Notes under the pieces: generated by a model
Told to the model about the DNA's origin: nothing
The model's database searches: none
What the model saw: only the letters and a program-made list of their open reading frames with translations
Part shown: positions 30,055-39,856 of the stretch, piece after piece
Numbering within the stretch: position 1 is the first letter of the stretch
How the letters are laid out: each line of letters begins with the position of its first letter
NCBI GenBank assembly: GCA_031425315.1
Contig: JANPJC010000283.1
Span: 10,108-74,107, forward strand
Source of the DNA: Chitinophagales bacterium
GTDB lineage: Bacteria > Bacteroidota > Bacteroidia > Chitinophagales > Chitinophagaceae
DNA length: 64,000 nucleotides
Reading direction: 5' to 3'
Program-made: the position numbers and the translations under genes

Positions 30055-33000
30055 TTAGAGTTTAATTATTTTTACAGTTTTCATTTCAAGCAGACCATTT
30101 ATTCTGATGAAATACAGCCCTGCAGGATATCCGCTCAAATCAATTTCAATTTTTGTTTCGCCAATTATTCTAGCGGGTACTTCCTTCAGCAAATTGCCGG
30201 AAATATTCACAACACTCACCCTCACATTTGTAACGGCTTGGTTAACATCCACTATACATTTATCATGTACCGGATTCGGATATACCACCGCCTCAGGTGC
30301 ATTAAAATCTCCAGAGCTTTTTAGAGCAGACAATCCGTTTTTAATTCCGGTTGCACTAACTGTGATCATAGCTGGCTCCTGGTCTGATAGTACAGGCAAG
30401 CCATTGTCACTCACTTTTACATTAAACCTGAAAACACCAGCAATAGCCGGTGTCCATTTTACAATACCCGTGCGGGGATCTATTGTCATGCCTGCCGGTG
30501 CGCCCACTAAAGCATAGGTGAGTATCTGACCCGCATCTATGTCTTTTGCTTTCGCTGTAAATATCAACGGCATTCCTGTTTTCGACACCCTCGCGCCGAT
30601 TGTATCCAGCACGGGTGGAGTATTCGGGTTTACTTTTATCGTCAGCAACTCTGAATCAAATAAAATTGGTACTCCATTATCTGCCGCCTTCACCGTGAAT
30701 CGAAACGTTCCGGCAGCCACTGGCGTCCATTTGAACAAGCCTGTTTTGGGATCGATTGACGCACCGGCAGGCGCCTGCAAAAGTGAATATGTCAATAGTT
30801 GACCCGCATCATATTCGACCGCTCTCGCCTGAAAATTTAATACACTTCCTGCCGTAATTGTTTTACTACGAATTGAATCCAAAACAGGTGCGTCATTATT
30901 TACCGGAGCTAGTTCAATTAAAACTTTCGCCGGTGGCGAACTGATACATCCGAAATTTGCAGTGAAATAGAATGAATCCTTACCTGCATAATTGGCTCGT
31001 GGTGTGTAAATTCTGTTAGCCGCCAATCCTGAAGTAATGGTACCATTTCGAGGCGCAGTGACAATTGTAAATGTTAACGGTGTCGCTCCTTTGCCAGTCA
31101 ATACAATCGCTTTGGAACTGTCTTCCGTTCCTTTTAACCACTGAGGGTCTGCAATCAACGTAAGCGTTTTTTGAATAATCAAACTACCAAAGGCAGTGCC
31201 ACCTTCTGTCTTCAAATTAAAATGTTTCATGACTGAAAATGCACCCGCCGCTGTGAGTTTGAAAATAGTCCCCGCTTTTCCTGTTCCCCCAGCGCTGGTG
31301 ATACCATACAAACTGCCATCAGCAGATACCACCAAATTCCCTCTGGGCACACTTCCATCTGTTATTGCATTAAGATGTTTCACCACTTTAAAAGCGCCTG
31401 CTTCACTTATTCTGAAAATAGTTCCTCCGCCAAAACTTCCGCCTGCCGTATTCATTCCATACCATAAACCATCGTTACCACGTACAAGGCTACCCGAAGG
31501 ATAATTGCCATCGGGTGTGGTACTCATTTTCTTCAGTACCGTAAAATTGCCACTGACACTAATTTTAAATACAGTTGCGCCATTTGCAGTAAGTCCCATA
31601 AACAGAGTATCGGAAATTCTGGCCAGTCCACCCTCAGGATTTGCGCCATCAGTAGCCAACGTTAAATGCCTGATTACACTAAATGCGCCGGCAGTCGTAA
31701 TTTTAAATATGGTACCTCCACCTTTTGCGCCACCGGCAGCGGTCATTCCATACAACTGACCATTAGCTCCTTCTACCAACGCCCCTTGTGGTGAAGCACC
31801 ATCTCTCGGGCTTAAAAAATGATAGATGACAGCGAATCCACCAGACTGTGTAATCCTGAAAATAGTTCCTGCATTTGAAGTACCGCCTTCTGTTGTAGTA
31901 CCGTAGAAGTTACCATCAGCAGCCAGTAATAAAGTTCCTTTTGGACTTCCACCATCAACACCTTTATTAAATGATTTTATCACACTGTACCTGCCACCAC
32001 ACAATTTGAATACTGTTCCGTTATTATTTACACCGCCCGTTGAAGTGGTGCCATAATAAGCATAATCTTTTCCCTGCACCAAACTTTCATACGGCGCGTT
32101 ACCGGTCACTCCTCCGTTCATATGCGTGAGCAATGTATATACACCTGTGGCACTGATTTTAAAGATAGTACCGAAAAATCCATTGCCCCCTTCACTCGTG
32201 GTACCATAATAGTTACCATCTGCTGCTCTGAACAAACTGCCTTTGGGCACACCCCCATCAGTTGTTATGTTTAACGATTTTATCAAAGTAAACACTCCAT
32301 CTGTTCCGATTTTAAAAATGGTACCCCCACCAAATGCGCCGCCACTTTTTGTAGCGCCGTACAATTTACCATCAGCACCAATGATTAACGATCCTGAAGG
32401 GCCCGAGCCATCTGTTTTGTAAACCAGGTGCCGGATCACTGAAAAGGCTCCACTCTTATTGATTTTGAAAATTGTGCCCTGGCCATTCAAACCGCCATAA
32501 TAATTCACGCCATATAAAAAGCCATCCGGCGCCTGCACTAAACTATTAGTGTATGGATAACCGTCAGTTGCCGCTTTCAGGTGGTGGATAACACTGTATT
32601 CTCCCTTCATCGTCAAACGGAATATGGTACCGTTGCCAAATGTGCCCCCGGTGTAATTGATACCATACAAACTGCTGTCAGCACCAACAGTTAAACTGCC
32701 ATAACAGGAACCACCATCAATAGCGGGGTTGGCATTGAATGTTTTGATAACAGTAAAAACGCCTGCAGTAGTTAATCTGAATATCGTACCATTTCCTGAC
32801 GATCCGCCTTTTCTGGTGACGCCATAGAAGTTACCATCTTTACCAATCACCAATGAGCCGAAAGGATTAGTACCATCAGTTGCATAATTGAAATGCCTTA
32901 TCACAGAATAACCTGTGGTGATGTTGAATTTAAATATGGTTCCATACGTATTAGTACCGCCGGCGTTGGTGAGTCCATAAAAATTTCCATCTGCGCCCAG

Positions 33001-33447
33001 AATAAGCGACCCGTAAGGATTGGCACCATCCGATAAAGATGAAAAGTTGTGTACAATTTTGATTGTACCCGCTGCTGTTAAGCTGAAAATTGTTCCGTCA
33101 TCGTATATTCCTCCCGCATTGGTCATTCCATAAAAATTACCATCAGGACCTGCCACCAGATTACCTGTTGGATATTTGCCCCAATTGGCAAAAGTTTTTT
33201 CCACCTGGAATCCGGTATTATTTGTTTTGATACTGAATATTGTGCCCCCTCCTTCAGCACCTCCGTTAGACGTAAGTCCCATAAGCGTTTCCTGCGAAAT
33301 GTTGCTGCCCAAAAATACAAACAGACTGAAAAACAGGAGAAGTGTTATTTTTAAAGTTTTTATCCGTGAAGGATAAGATGCAATAATGGCAATAGGGAAA
33401 TCGCTGCAATATGACTGGTGTGAATGGTTTGGTAGAATACGAAGCAT
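30055..33447 (-). CDS. giant surface protein: about 25 GloVer-type 'choice-of-anchor' tandem repeats + Ig-like domains + T9SS C-terminal sorting domain
   Basis: Repeated ..GG..GxGTIF(K/R)I.. modules about every 45 aa. C-terminal ..GLYFIRINGLLEMKTVKIIKL T9SS CTD. First ATG gives an unusually long N-region before the hydrophobic signal, so the real start is uncertain. Confidence 0.7.
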   Translation of the reverse strand: MLRILPNHSHQSYCSDFPIAIIASYPSRIKTLKITLLLFFSLFVFLGSNISQETLMGLTSNGGAEGGGTIFSIKTNNTGFQVEKTFANWGKYPTGNLVAGPDGNFYGMTNAGGIYDDGTIFSLTAAGTIKIVHNFSSLSDGANPYGSLILGADGNFYGLTNAGGTNTYGTIFKFNITTGYSVIRHFNYATDGTNPFGSLVIGKDGNFYGVTRKGGSSGNGTIFRLTTAGVFTVIKTFNANPAIDGGSCYGSLTVGADSSLYGINYTGGTFGNGTIFRLTMKGEYSVIHHLKAATDGYPYTNSLVQAPDGFLYGVNYYGGLNGQGTIFKINKSGAFSVIRHLVYKTDGSGPSGSLIIGADGKLYGATKSGGAFGGGTIFKIGTDGVFTLIKSLNITTDGGVPKGSLFRAADGNYYGTTSEGGNGFFGTIFKISATGVYTLLTHMNGGVTGNAPYESLVQGKDYAYYGTTSTGGVNNNGTVFKLCGGRYSVIKSFNKGVDGGSPKGTLLLAADGNFYGTTTEGGTSNAGTIFRITQSGGFAVIYHFLSPRDGASPQGALVEGANGQLYGMTAAGGAKGGGTIFKITTAGAFSVIRHLTLATDGANPEGGLARISDTLFMGLTANGATVFKISVSGNFTVLKKMSTTPDGNYPSGSLVRGNDGLWYGMNTAGGSFGGGTIFRISEAGAFKVVKHLNAITDGSVPRGNLVVSADGSLYGITSAGGTGKAGTIFKLTAAGAFSVMKHFNLKTEGGTAFGSLIIQKTLTLIADPQWLKGTEDSSKAIVLTGKGATPLTFTIVTAPRNGTITSGLAANRIYTPRANYAGKDSFYFTANFGCISSPPAKVLIELAPVNNDAPVLDSIRSKTITAGSVLNFQARAVEYDAGQLLTYSLLQAPAGASIDPKTGLFKWTPVAAGTFRFTVKAADNGVPILFDSELLTIKVNPNTPPVLDTIGARVSKTGMPLIFTAKAKDIDAGQILTYALVGAPAGMTIDPRTGIVKWTPAIAGVFRFNVKVSDNGLPVLSDQEPAMITVSATGIKNGLSALKSSGDFNAPEAVVYPNPVHDKCIVDVNQAVTNVRVSVVNISGNLLKEVPARIIGETKIEIDLSGYPAGLYFIRINGLLEMKTVKIIKL

Positions 33448-33577
33448 AATCTTGTTTTATTTTTCTGACGACAAACAAGATGTACTGTGACCAATTAAGT
33501 AATTATTATGAGAAAATGCTGTATGAAATGTGGAATAGTGCGGATGAATTAATTTCAATTAAACATGAACGGGCAAA

Positions 33578-34240
33578 ATGGAAAAAATAGTAATAACGGA
33601 AGAAATTTTAACATTGGCGCAAGAGGTATGGGACTATCATCATTTAAACTATACATTGGTGAAATCAGATTGCATCTTTGCATTGGGCAGTCATGATCTA
33701 AGGGTTGCGAACCGTGCAGCAGATTTGTACCTTGAAGGCTTTGCACCGCTGATCATTTTTTCGGGTGGTCTTGGCAATGTAACCAAAGGTGTATGGACGA
33801 TTCCGGAAGCGGATCAGTTTGCAGCCATTGCAATTGAAATGGGTGTACCATCAGAAAATATATTGATTGAGAATCAATCGACGAATACCGGTGAAAATAT
33901 TTTATTTACGGATCGTCTGCTTCGCGAGAAGAATTTAAATCTTCAAAACTTTATCGTGGTACAAAAACCATATATGGAAAGAAGAAGTTATGCCACATTC
34001 AAAAAACACTGGCCTGATAAAAATCTTCAGGTTACTTCGCCATTATTATCATTGCACGATTACCCTAACAATGAAATCCCAATGGAGCGTGTAATTCATA
34101 TAATGGTGGGCGATCTGCAAAGAATTAAAGAATATCCAAAACTCGGATTTCAGATAGTACAGGAAATTCCTGAACACATTTGGAAATGCGGGGAACAACT
34201 GATTGCACTGGGATTTACCCAACATCTGATTAAAAACTAA
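33578..34240 (+). CDS. YdcF/ElyC/SanA family (DUF218) protein
   Basis: DUF218-like core (IFALGSHDLRVANRAADLYLEGFAPLIIFSGG...NTGENI). Confidence 0.7.
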   Translation: MEKIVITEEILTLAQEVWDYHHLNYTLVKSDCIFALGSHDLRVANRAADLYLEGFAPLIIFSGGLGNVTKGVWTIPEADQFAAIAIEMGVPSENILIENQSTNTGENILFTDRLLREKNLNLQNFIVVQKPYMERRSYATFKKHWPDKNLQVTSPLLSLHDYPNNEIPMERVIHIMVGDLQRIKEYPKLGFQIVQEIPEHIWKCGEQLIALGFTQHLIKN

Positions 34241-34291
34241 TTTAAAAGAGGCATGGTTTTAGTGAAACATTGCAAATTGAAAAGCAAGGGT

Positions 34292-35023
34292 ATGATGCGT
34301 TACTTGTTCCTGATATTATTTTGTTTGTTAGTGCATATTGGATTTGGTCAGCAAAAAGACTCAACTTATCATCTGGGATTCATTGGTACCGGAAACCTGA
34401 ATAAAACCAATACAGGTACATCCTATATCTTCAACAATGCATTGCGTGCGAGTTATTCAAAAAAAGTTTTTAATCTGAACAGTTTTGTGAGCTGGATATA
34501 CGGTGAAAACCCTGATAAAAAAACGAATAACGACTTTGTTGCGGTGCTGGATTTCGATCTCTTCAAAAAAAATCATAAGTGGTATTATTGGGGACTTTCA
34601 GGATATGAAAAAAGTTTTTCACTAAAAATAAATCACAGGTTCCAGGCAGGCGGCGGTTTAGGGTATAATTTACTGGATAAGAAAAATGCGGTGATTGTGT
34701 TGACTGATGGATTATTATATGAAAACAGTGAATTCACTGAGGTAGATATTTATAATCGTTTCAGATATGAAACTTTGAGAAATTCATTCCGTTTAAAATT
34801 CAAATTTATTATCCGCGAGATCATCACTATTGATGGCTCGCATTACCTGCAAAATTCCTTCAGCGATAGCCGCGACTATATTATCCGTTCCAACAGTAAT
34901 ATTGGCTTTAAACTGACCAAATGGTTAAGTATTAATACCGGGCTGGTTTACAATAAAGTAAACCTCACCAACAAGTCTAATTTCCTCTTTACTTATGGGA
35001 TTAATATTGAGAAATACCTTTGA
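34292..35023 (+). CDS. DUF481-like outer-membrane protein (start moved to MMRYLF)
   Basis: Signal peptide. Beta-barrel-like repeats. Resembles the YdiY/DUF481 family. Confidence 0.45.
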   Translation: MMRYLFLILFCLLVHIGFGQQKDSTYHLGFIGTGNLNKTNTGTSYIFNNALRASYSKKVFNLNSFVSWIYGENPDKKTNNDFVAVLDFDLFKKNHKWYYWGLSGYEKSFSLKINHRFQAGGGLGYNLLDKKNAVIVLTDGLLYENSEFTEVDIYNRFRYETLRNSFRLKFKFIIREIITIDGSHYLQNSFSDSRDYIIRSNSNIGFKLTKWLSINTGLVYNKVNLTNKSNFLFTYGINIEKYL

Positions 35024-35480
35024 AATAGCAGACGGAAGACGGTAGACGGTAGGCAGTAGAGAACAGCCAATACAAAGACGGTAGACGGTAGACGGTAGGC
35101 AGTAGAGAACAGCCAATACAGGTTTTACGTTATAAGTTATATGTTTAACACGCCTGTTAGTCTTCGGCGATCAACTGTAGCGGCAAGGCATGCCTTGCCG
35201 CTACAAGAACAGCCAATACAGGTTTTACTTTATAAGTTATATGTTTAACACGCCTGTTAGTCTTCGGCGTACAACAGTAGCGGCAAGACATGCCTTGCCG
35301 CTACAAGAGCAGCCAATACTGGTTTTACGTTATAAGTTATATGTTTAACACGCCTGTGAGTCTTCGGAGTACAACAGTAGCGGCAAGGCATGCCTTGCCG
35401 CTACAAGAACAGCCAATACACACTGAAGTACTTGAATGATATCAAATCGTACTGTTGTATTAACGTAAAACGTAAAACTT
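35024..35480. repeat. repeat locus: two heptamer heads (GACGGTA)n + core, then three tandem ~121-bp units each carrying a perfect hairpin GTAGCGGCAAGGCATGCCTTGCCGCTAC
   Basis: AACAGCCAATACA at 35062, 35109, 35207, ~35327 and 35407. Unit = core + TTTTACGTTATAAGTTATATGTTTAACACGCCTGTTAGTCTTCGGCG + hairpin. Confidence 0.85.
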
Positions 35481-35542
35481 ACAACGTATAACTGTATCGC
35501 CTGTGCCTTTTGCCTATCTTTATTCCACAACCAATTTCCCAA

Positions 35543-36271
35543 ATGATTCGACTCCTGATCATCACCGGCCTATCTTTTTTAACCTGCATTAGCACCCGAA
35601 GTCAATCTCCTGCTTCAATTGATAAAAAGCAGTTGATCAATATTCCACGTACAACAGATTTCGACATTACCGGAGATGGAAGTAACATAGCATGGAACAA
35701 AAAAAACTGGATCACTATTACCGCAAGAAACAGTTCGCGTACAGCCTACGACACGCGTGCGAAAATTATGTATTCTGAAAAAGGAATTTACCTTCTGTAC
35801 TCGTGTGCCGATACAAAACTCACCGCTTCACTTGAAGCCGATTTTGTGAATTTGTGGGATGAAGATGTGGTTGAAGTTTTCCTGCAGCCCGATACCGCCA
35901 TTGCGGACTATTTCGAATACGAACTGTCGCCATTAAATTACGAATTACCCATTATGATTTACAACCGCGGTGGCAGACTGAATAGCTGGATGCCTTTTGG
36001 TTATGAAGGCAACCGCAAAACAAAACACGCAACGAAAATAATTGATGGTGAGAAAAAAAGTGAATCAATGGTGAAAGGATGGATGGCAGAATTTTTTATT
36101 CCCTTCACACTTTTAGAACCCGTTATGCGCAAGCTTCCGGCAAAGGGTACAATATGGAAAGGCAATATCTACAGAATTGACTATGATAAAGGCCAGGCAT
36201 TATATTCATGGCAAATGACAGGCGAAAGTTTTCATGCTCCTCAAAAATTCGGCTATTTTATTTTTGAGTAA
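35543..36271 (+). CDS. carbohydrate-binding family 9 (CBM9/DOMON)-like secreted protein (start moved to MIRLLIITGL)
   Basis: Signal peptide. YEYELSPLNYELPIMIYN and W-rich beta-sandwich features of CBM9-like proteins. Confidence 0.5.
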   Translation: MIRLLIITGLSFLTCISTRSQSPASIDKKQLINIPRTTDFDITGDGSNIAWNKKNWITITARNSSRTAYDTRAKIMYSEKGIYLLYSCADTKLTASLEADFVNLWDEDVVEVFLQPDTAIADYFEYELSPLNYELPIMIYNRGGRLNSWMPFGYEGNRKTKHATKIIDGEKKSESMVKGWMAEFFIPFTLLEPVMRKLPAKGTIWKGNIYRIDYDKGQALYSWQMTGESFHAPQKFGYFIFE

Positions 36272-36281
36272 ACAAATGATA

Positions 36282-37196
36282 TTATTTCAACATAGGAAAA
36301 AGTTTTCTAATGTCATCTTCTTTGGGCTGTGTTCCATATTCACAAATTTCAAACGACTCAGCATATTTAATTGCGGCTGCTTTTTCCTTGCCGTAATATT
36401 TTTCTAACACAATTCTTACTTCAGCAGAAACAGGATAAGCCATTCGCGTAGCCAGCCATTTCTTTCTTTCAATTTTATCAGCGGGCACTTCAGCAGCATA
36501 TCCGCCAATCCAGGGCAACCATTCATATACCTGCGATTCGTGCGCATCCAGCGCATTCACTTTCTGATCAAAGACACCGGTTATATCAACTGCAATATCT
36601 GCTCTAAAAGGATTGGGTCTTTTAAATCCGTCGTAAGAATATAAAAAAACCGGATTCTTTTTTAATGGAGGAACATCAGCAGCAACATTAGGTACGCCAA
36701 CCATATATGCTGCATCCTGCACCAGTACACCGGTATACCGGTGATCAGGGTGATAATCATTTGGTCGCGGCGCAATCACCACATCAGCATTCCACTCCCT
36801 GATCTTTCTTATAATCTGCAACCGTACATTCAGTGTTGGTGTCAACTCGCCGTCATGATTATCTAATACATCATATGTCACACCAAATCTTTTTCCTGCT
36901 TCAGCAGCTTCGGCGGCTCTTCTTTTTGCCAGCAATCCGCCTCCCATCTGATGATGACCCGCATCACCATTAGTTACAGAAAGAAACTTGACTGCATATC
37001 CCATCGCAGAAAATACTGCTGCCGTACCCCCGGCATCCATATCACAATCATCCGGATGCGCGCCAATTACAATAATCCTGGGAAAATCTTTTTTCTGCTG
37101 GGCAAAACCGGTACCATTGGATATAATCAACATTGAAAAAATAAGCAGGAGAGTTTTTGAAGAAACAGCAATGGATTGAAATTGTATCATGGCCAA
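36282..37196 (-). CDS. PIG-L (LmbE-like) family deacetylase, secreted
   Basis: IIVIGAHPDDCDMDAGGT and TNGDAGHH motifs. Confidence 0.8.
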   Translation of the reverse strand: MAMIQFQSIAVSSKTLLLIFSMLIISNGTGFAQQKKDFPRIIVIGAHPDDCDMDAGGTAAVFSAMGYAVKFLSVTNGDAGHHQMGGGLLAKRRAAEAAEAGKRFGVTYDVLDNHDGELTPTLNVRLQIIRKIREWNADVVIAPRPNDYHPDHRYTGVLVQDAAYMVGVPNVAADVPPLKKNPVFLYSYDGFKRPNPFRADIAVDITGVFDQKVNALDAHESQVYEWLPWIGGYAAEVPADKIERKKWLATRMAYPVSAEVRIVLEKYYGKEKAAAIKYAESFEICEYGTQPKEDDIRKLFPMLK

Positions 37197-37246
37197 TATT
37201 TAAACAGTTGACATTATTTAAGTAACTTATTCGTTCTACACTATCA

Positions 37247-37534
37247 TCAGGACCTATCGCTATGCCCCAGGCTTTTCCCCGGACTCACAATATCCCTCAC
37301 CCACTGTTTCAATTCCTTGATTTCAGGAAATCCTCCAAAGTCATTGCGGTTGAAAATCACCTTCCCATCAACGCTGATAATATATTCGCCGTTGGTTGCT
37401 GCAGGTTGCAATAATACACCGGCGAGTTCATCTTCAAATGTAGATAATAATTCCTGTGCCATATATGCAGCGCGTAACATCCATTTACATTTGGGACAAT
37501 AACTAATGGTGATAATGGGCTTACCGGTATTCAT
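37247..37534 (-). CDS. SelT/SelW/Rdx family protein (Cys form, CPKC)
   Basis: 95 aa. N-terminal ITISYCPKCKW redox motif in the Rdx fold position. Confidence 0.7.
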   Translation of the reverse strand: MNTGKPIITISYCPKCKWMLRAAYMAQELLSTFEDELAGVLLQPAATNGEYIISVDGKVIFNRNDFGGFPEIKELKQWVRDIVSPGKSLGHSDRS

Positions 37535-37685
37535 ATTATCTTTAAAATATTAATTTGCATTTAACCGAATAAGATTGTGAGTGATTGAATTACATCATTC
37601 GAAATCTTTAATAATTCATCAAATTTCAATTGAATTTAACGACTTTATAAACAATAGCTATTCAGTAGCGAATTAAATTTATCGA

Positions 37686-38846
37686 ATGAAAAATAACAGA
37701 AGGCAATTTTTAAGGCAGTCCGCAGCATTGGCCGGTATTGCCGCAACAGCAGGAATTGAGTCTGTGTCTGCAAAGCATTCGTATGATACTTCTATCCAAA
37801 ATAAATTAAACGGCGATATTAAAGATGCCGGAATGGAAATGAGTGAGGCCTTTTTCTTTGGTATGGAAGAGCGAAAAGTTGCCCTCATGAAACAGATGGC
37901 GGTATTTGGCGCAGTTGGTGGCATCAATACCAATATGGTGGGCTTGCCAAAAGAAAAACCCTGGGAAGCCAACGCAATAAAAGCAGTCAATGAAGCCTGG
38001 AAAAATGCCGGAATGAAATTTAATGTTATTGAAGGGCCGCCATCATTAGGGGAAAAAACCAAACTCGGACTGGAAGGCAGAGATGAAGAAATTACCAATT
38101 TCATCACTTTCATGAAAAACCTCAAACAACACACCGAAATAGATGTGATCTGTTATAACTGGATGCCGGTGATCAGTTGGTACCGTACTAAAAAAGATGC
38201 GGTTGGTAGAGGTGGCGCATTGGTTACGGCTTTTGATTATGACGATATTAAAGATGCACCTCTTACGCCTCATGGAATTGTGACCAAAGAAAAATTATGG
38301 CAAACGCTTGAGTATTTTCTCAAAGCAGTTGTACCCGAAGCGGAAAAGATCGGTATCAAACTGGCAATGCATCCTGACGATCCGCAAGTTGACAGTATTA
38401 AGGGCATTTCACGTATCATGACCAATGTGAATAATTTTAAAAGAATGACTGAAATTGTAAAAAGTCCGAATAACGGTATTACCATGTGCCAGGGAAATTT
38501 TGCATTAATGGGTGTAGACATTCCCGAAACCATTCATTATTTTGGAGAAAAGGGATTGATTCATTTTGTGCACTTCAGAAATGTCAAAGGAGGCAAATTT
38601 AAGTTTGAAGAATCTTTTCACGATGAAGGGATTATCGACATGTACGCCGCGATGAAAGCATATTATGAAATCGGATTCAAAGGTGCAATACGTCCCGACC
38701 ACGTGCCTACTATGGCTGGTGATAGTAATCAATATGCAGGCTACAGTACAATCGGCACCTTATATGCGTTTGGTTATATCAGAGGGCTGATGCAGGCAGT
38801 AAGTAATAATAATAGAAAAAGTACCGACGTCATGCATTCAATTTAA
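37686..38846 (+). CDS. uxuA: mannonate dehydratase (UxuA) homologue with Tat signal
   Basis: Tat-like RRQFLRQSAALAGIAATAG. CYNWMPVISWYRT (E. coli UxuA CYNFMPVLDWTRT), AMHPDDP and RPDH motifs match UxuA. Confidence 0.7.
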   Translation: MKNNRRQFLRQSAALAGIAATAGIESVSAKHSYDTSIQNKLNGDIKDAGMEMSEAFFFGMEERKVALMKQMAVFGAVGGINTNMVGLPKEKPWEANAIKAVNEAWKNAGMKFNVIEGPPSLGEKTKLGLEGRDEEITNFITFMKNLKQHTEIDVICYNWMPVISWYRTKKDAVGRGGALVTAFDYDDIKDAPLTPHGIVTKEKLWQTLEYFLKAVVPEAEKIGIKLAMHPDDPQVDSIKGISRIMTNVNNFKRMTEIVKSPNNGITMCQGNFALMGVDIPETIHYFGEKGLIHFVHFRNVKGGKFKFEESFHDEGIIDMYAAMKAYYEIGFKGAIRPDHVPTMAGDSNQYAGYSTIGTLYAFGYIRGLMQAVSNNNRKSTDVMHSI

Positions 38847-38899
38847 GAGCCGGTCATCGCATTAGTTTTTGACCTGGAAATCAAGCTTGACGATGAAAA

Positions 38900-39676
38900 T
38901 TCCTTTAATCGATGCATGCTTAGTCTGTACGTTATTTCAATAATTCCATTAATCCTGTCAGCACTTCAGTTTCAAAACCAGGATAAATCGCAAGACTTTG
39001 ATCCCACAAATCAGTATTATTCAATACCAATTTTACGATCTCATCAATATTATGGTTTTACCACAATTCAAAATAGTATTCGGCAGACGCCTCTACAATG
39101 GGATAACAGTTACCTTTTAATTCGCCGAAATACTTCCCATCTTTTTTTTGAACCACACACATGAACTTCAAGTAGCCGCCGAATCCGCACGCAATCAGAT
39201 CAGGTACAGTATTAAAACCTCCAAAATTTTTTGCAATGCACAGAACGACACGCATTTTCATTTAGCCAGCTCATCAAAACTCAATCCTTCTCCATGTAAT
39301 AGTGAATATGAAAGAACTTTTAATACTTCCACCATGTCCCGAGACTGATGTACACCACAAACTTTCATTTGTATGCAACAATTAGACTTACCGTTTCTGC
39401 AGGCAACACATTTACCACCGTTGAAATAAGGAATAAATGTGACCGCTTCCCACGCACAAATCCCGGCGTATCGCCTTCATCGAAAGTTGCAGACAGTTCA
39501 TGGCCAAAAATCCGAGGGTATTCGAAAAACGGTTGTGTACCTTTAAAAGCGTGCAAATCAGTGCCACATATGCCGATGCGTTTAATTTCAATGAGTGAAT
39601 AACCATCTTGAAAAACTGGCAGATCAGCTTCTATATATTCAAAACTGCCTGGAGCATTACAATCTAAGATTCTCAT
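38900..39676 (-). pseudogene. decayed Zn-dependent alcohol/polyol dehydrogenase
   Basis: 103-aa N-terminal fragment with GroES-like ADH motifs (GICGTDLHAFKG, FGHELS) then loss of frame. Downstream 39058-39261 fragment continues in another frame. Confidence 0.5.
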
Positions 39677-39856
39677 TTTGCTTTATCTGTTAAGTACTGA
39701 ATTAATAAGGCCAGGTTATGTACTGCCAGATCCTGATGCAATCATTTGCAGCTGAGGTAAATATCTCGGGAGAAAGGCTTGAATAATACAATCAGTAACT
39801 ACTCCACAGCTGGTTGTATTGATTAATCTATAGCTCCTGTATAGCCGGCAGTTTGT

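Noticed and set aside
30107-31759. Four plus-strand ORFs of 84-136 aa inside the GloVer protein gene
   Set aside because: They are antisense to a clearly coding, highly repetitive gene. Pro/Ala/Val-rich translations are typical of the reverse frames of Gly/Thr-rich repeats.
37247-37534. Possible selenocysteine (TGA-recoded) selenoprotein, given the SelW/Rdx fold and a selC-like motif at 47 kb
   Set aside because: The redox motif is CPKC with Cys encoded normally. There is no in-frame TGA and no SECIS-like hairpin.
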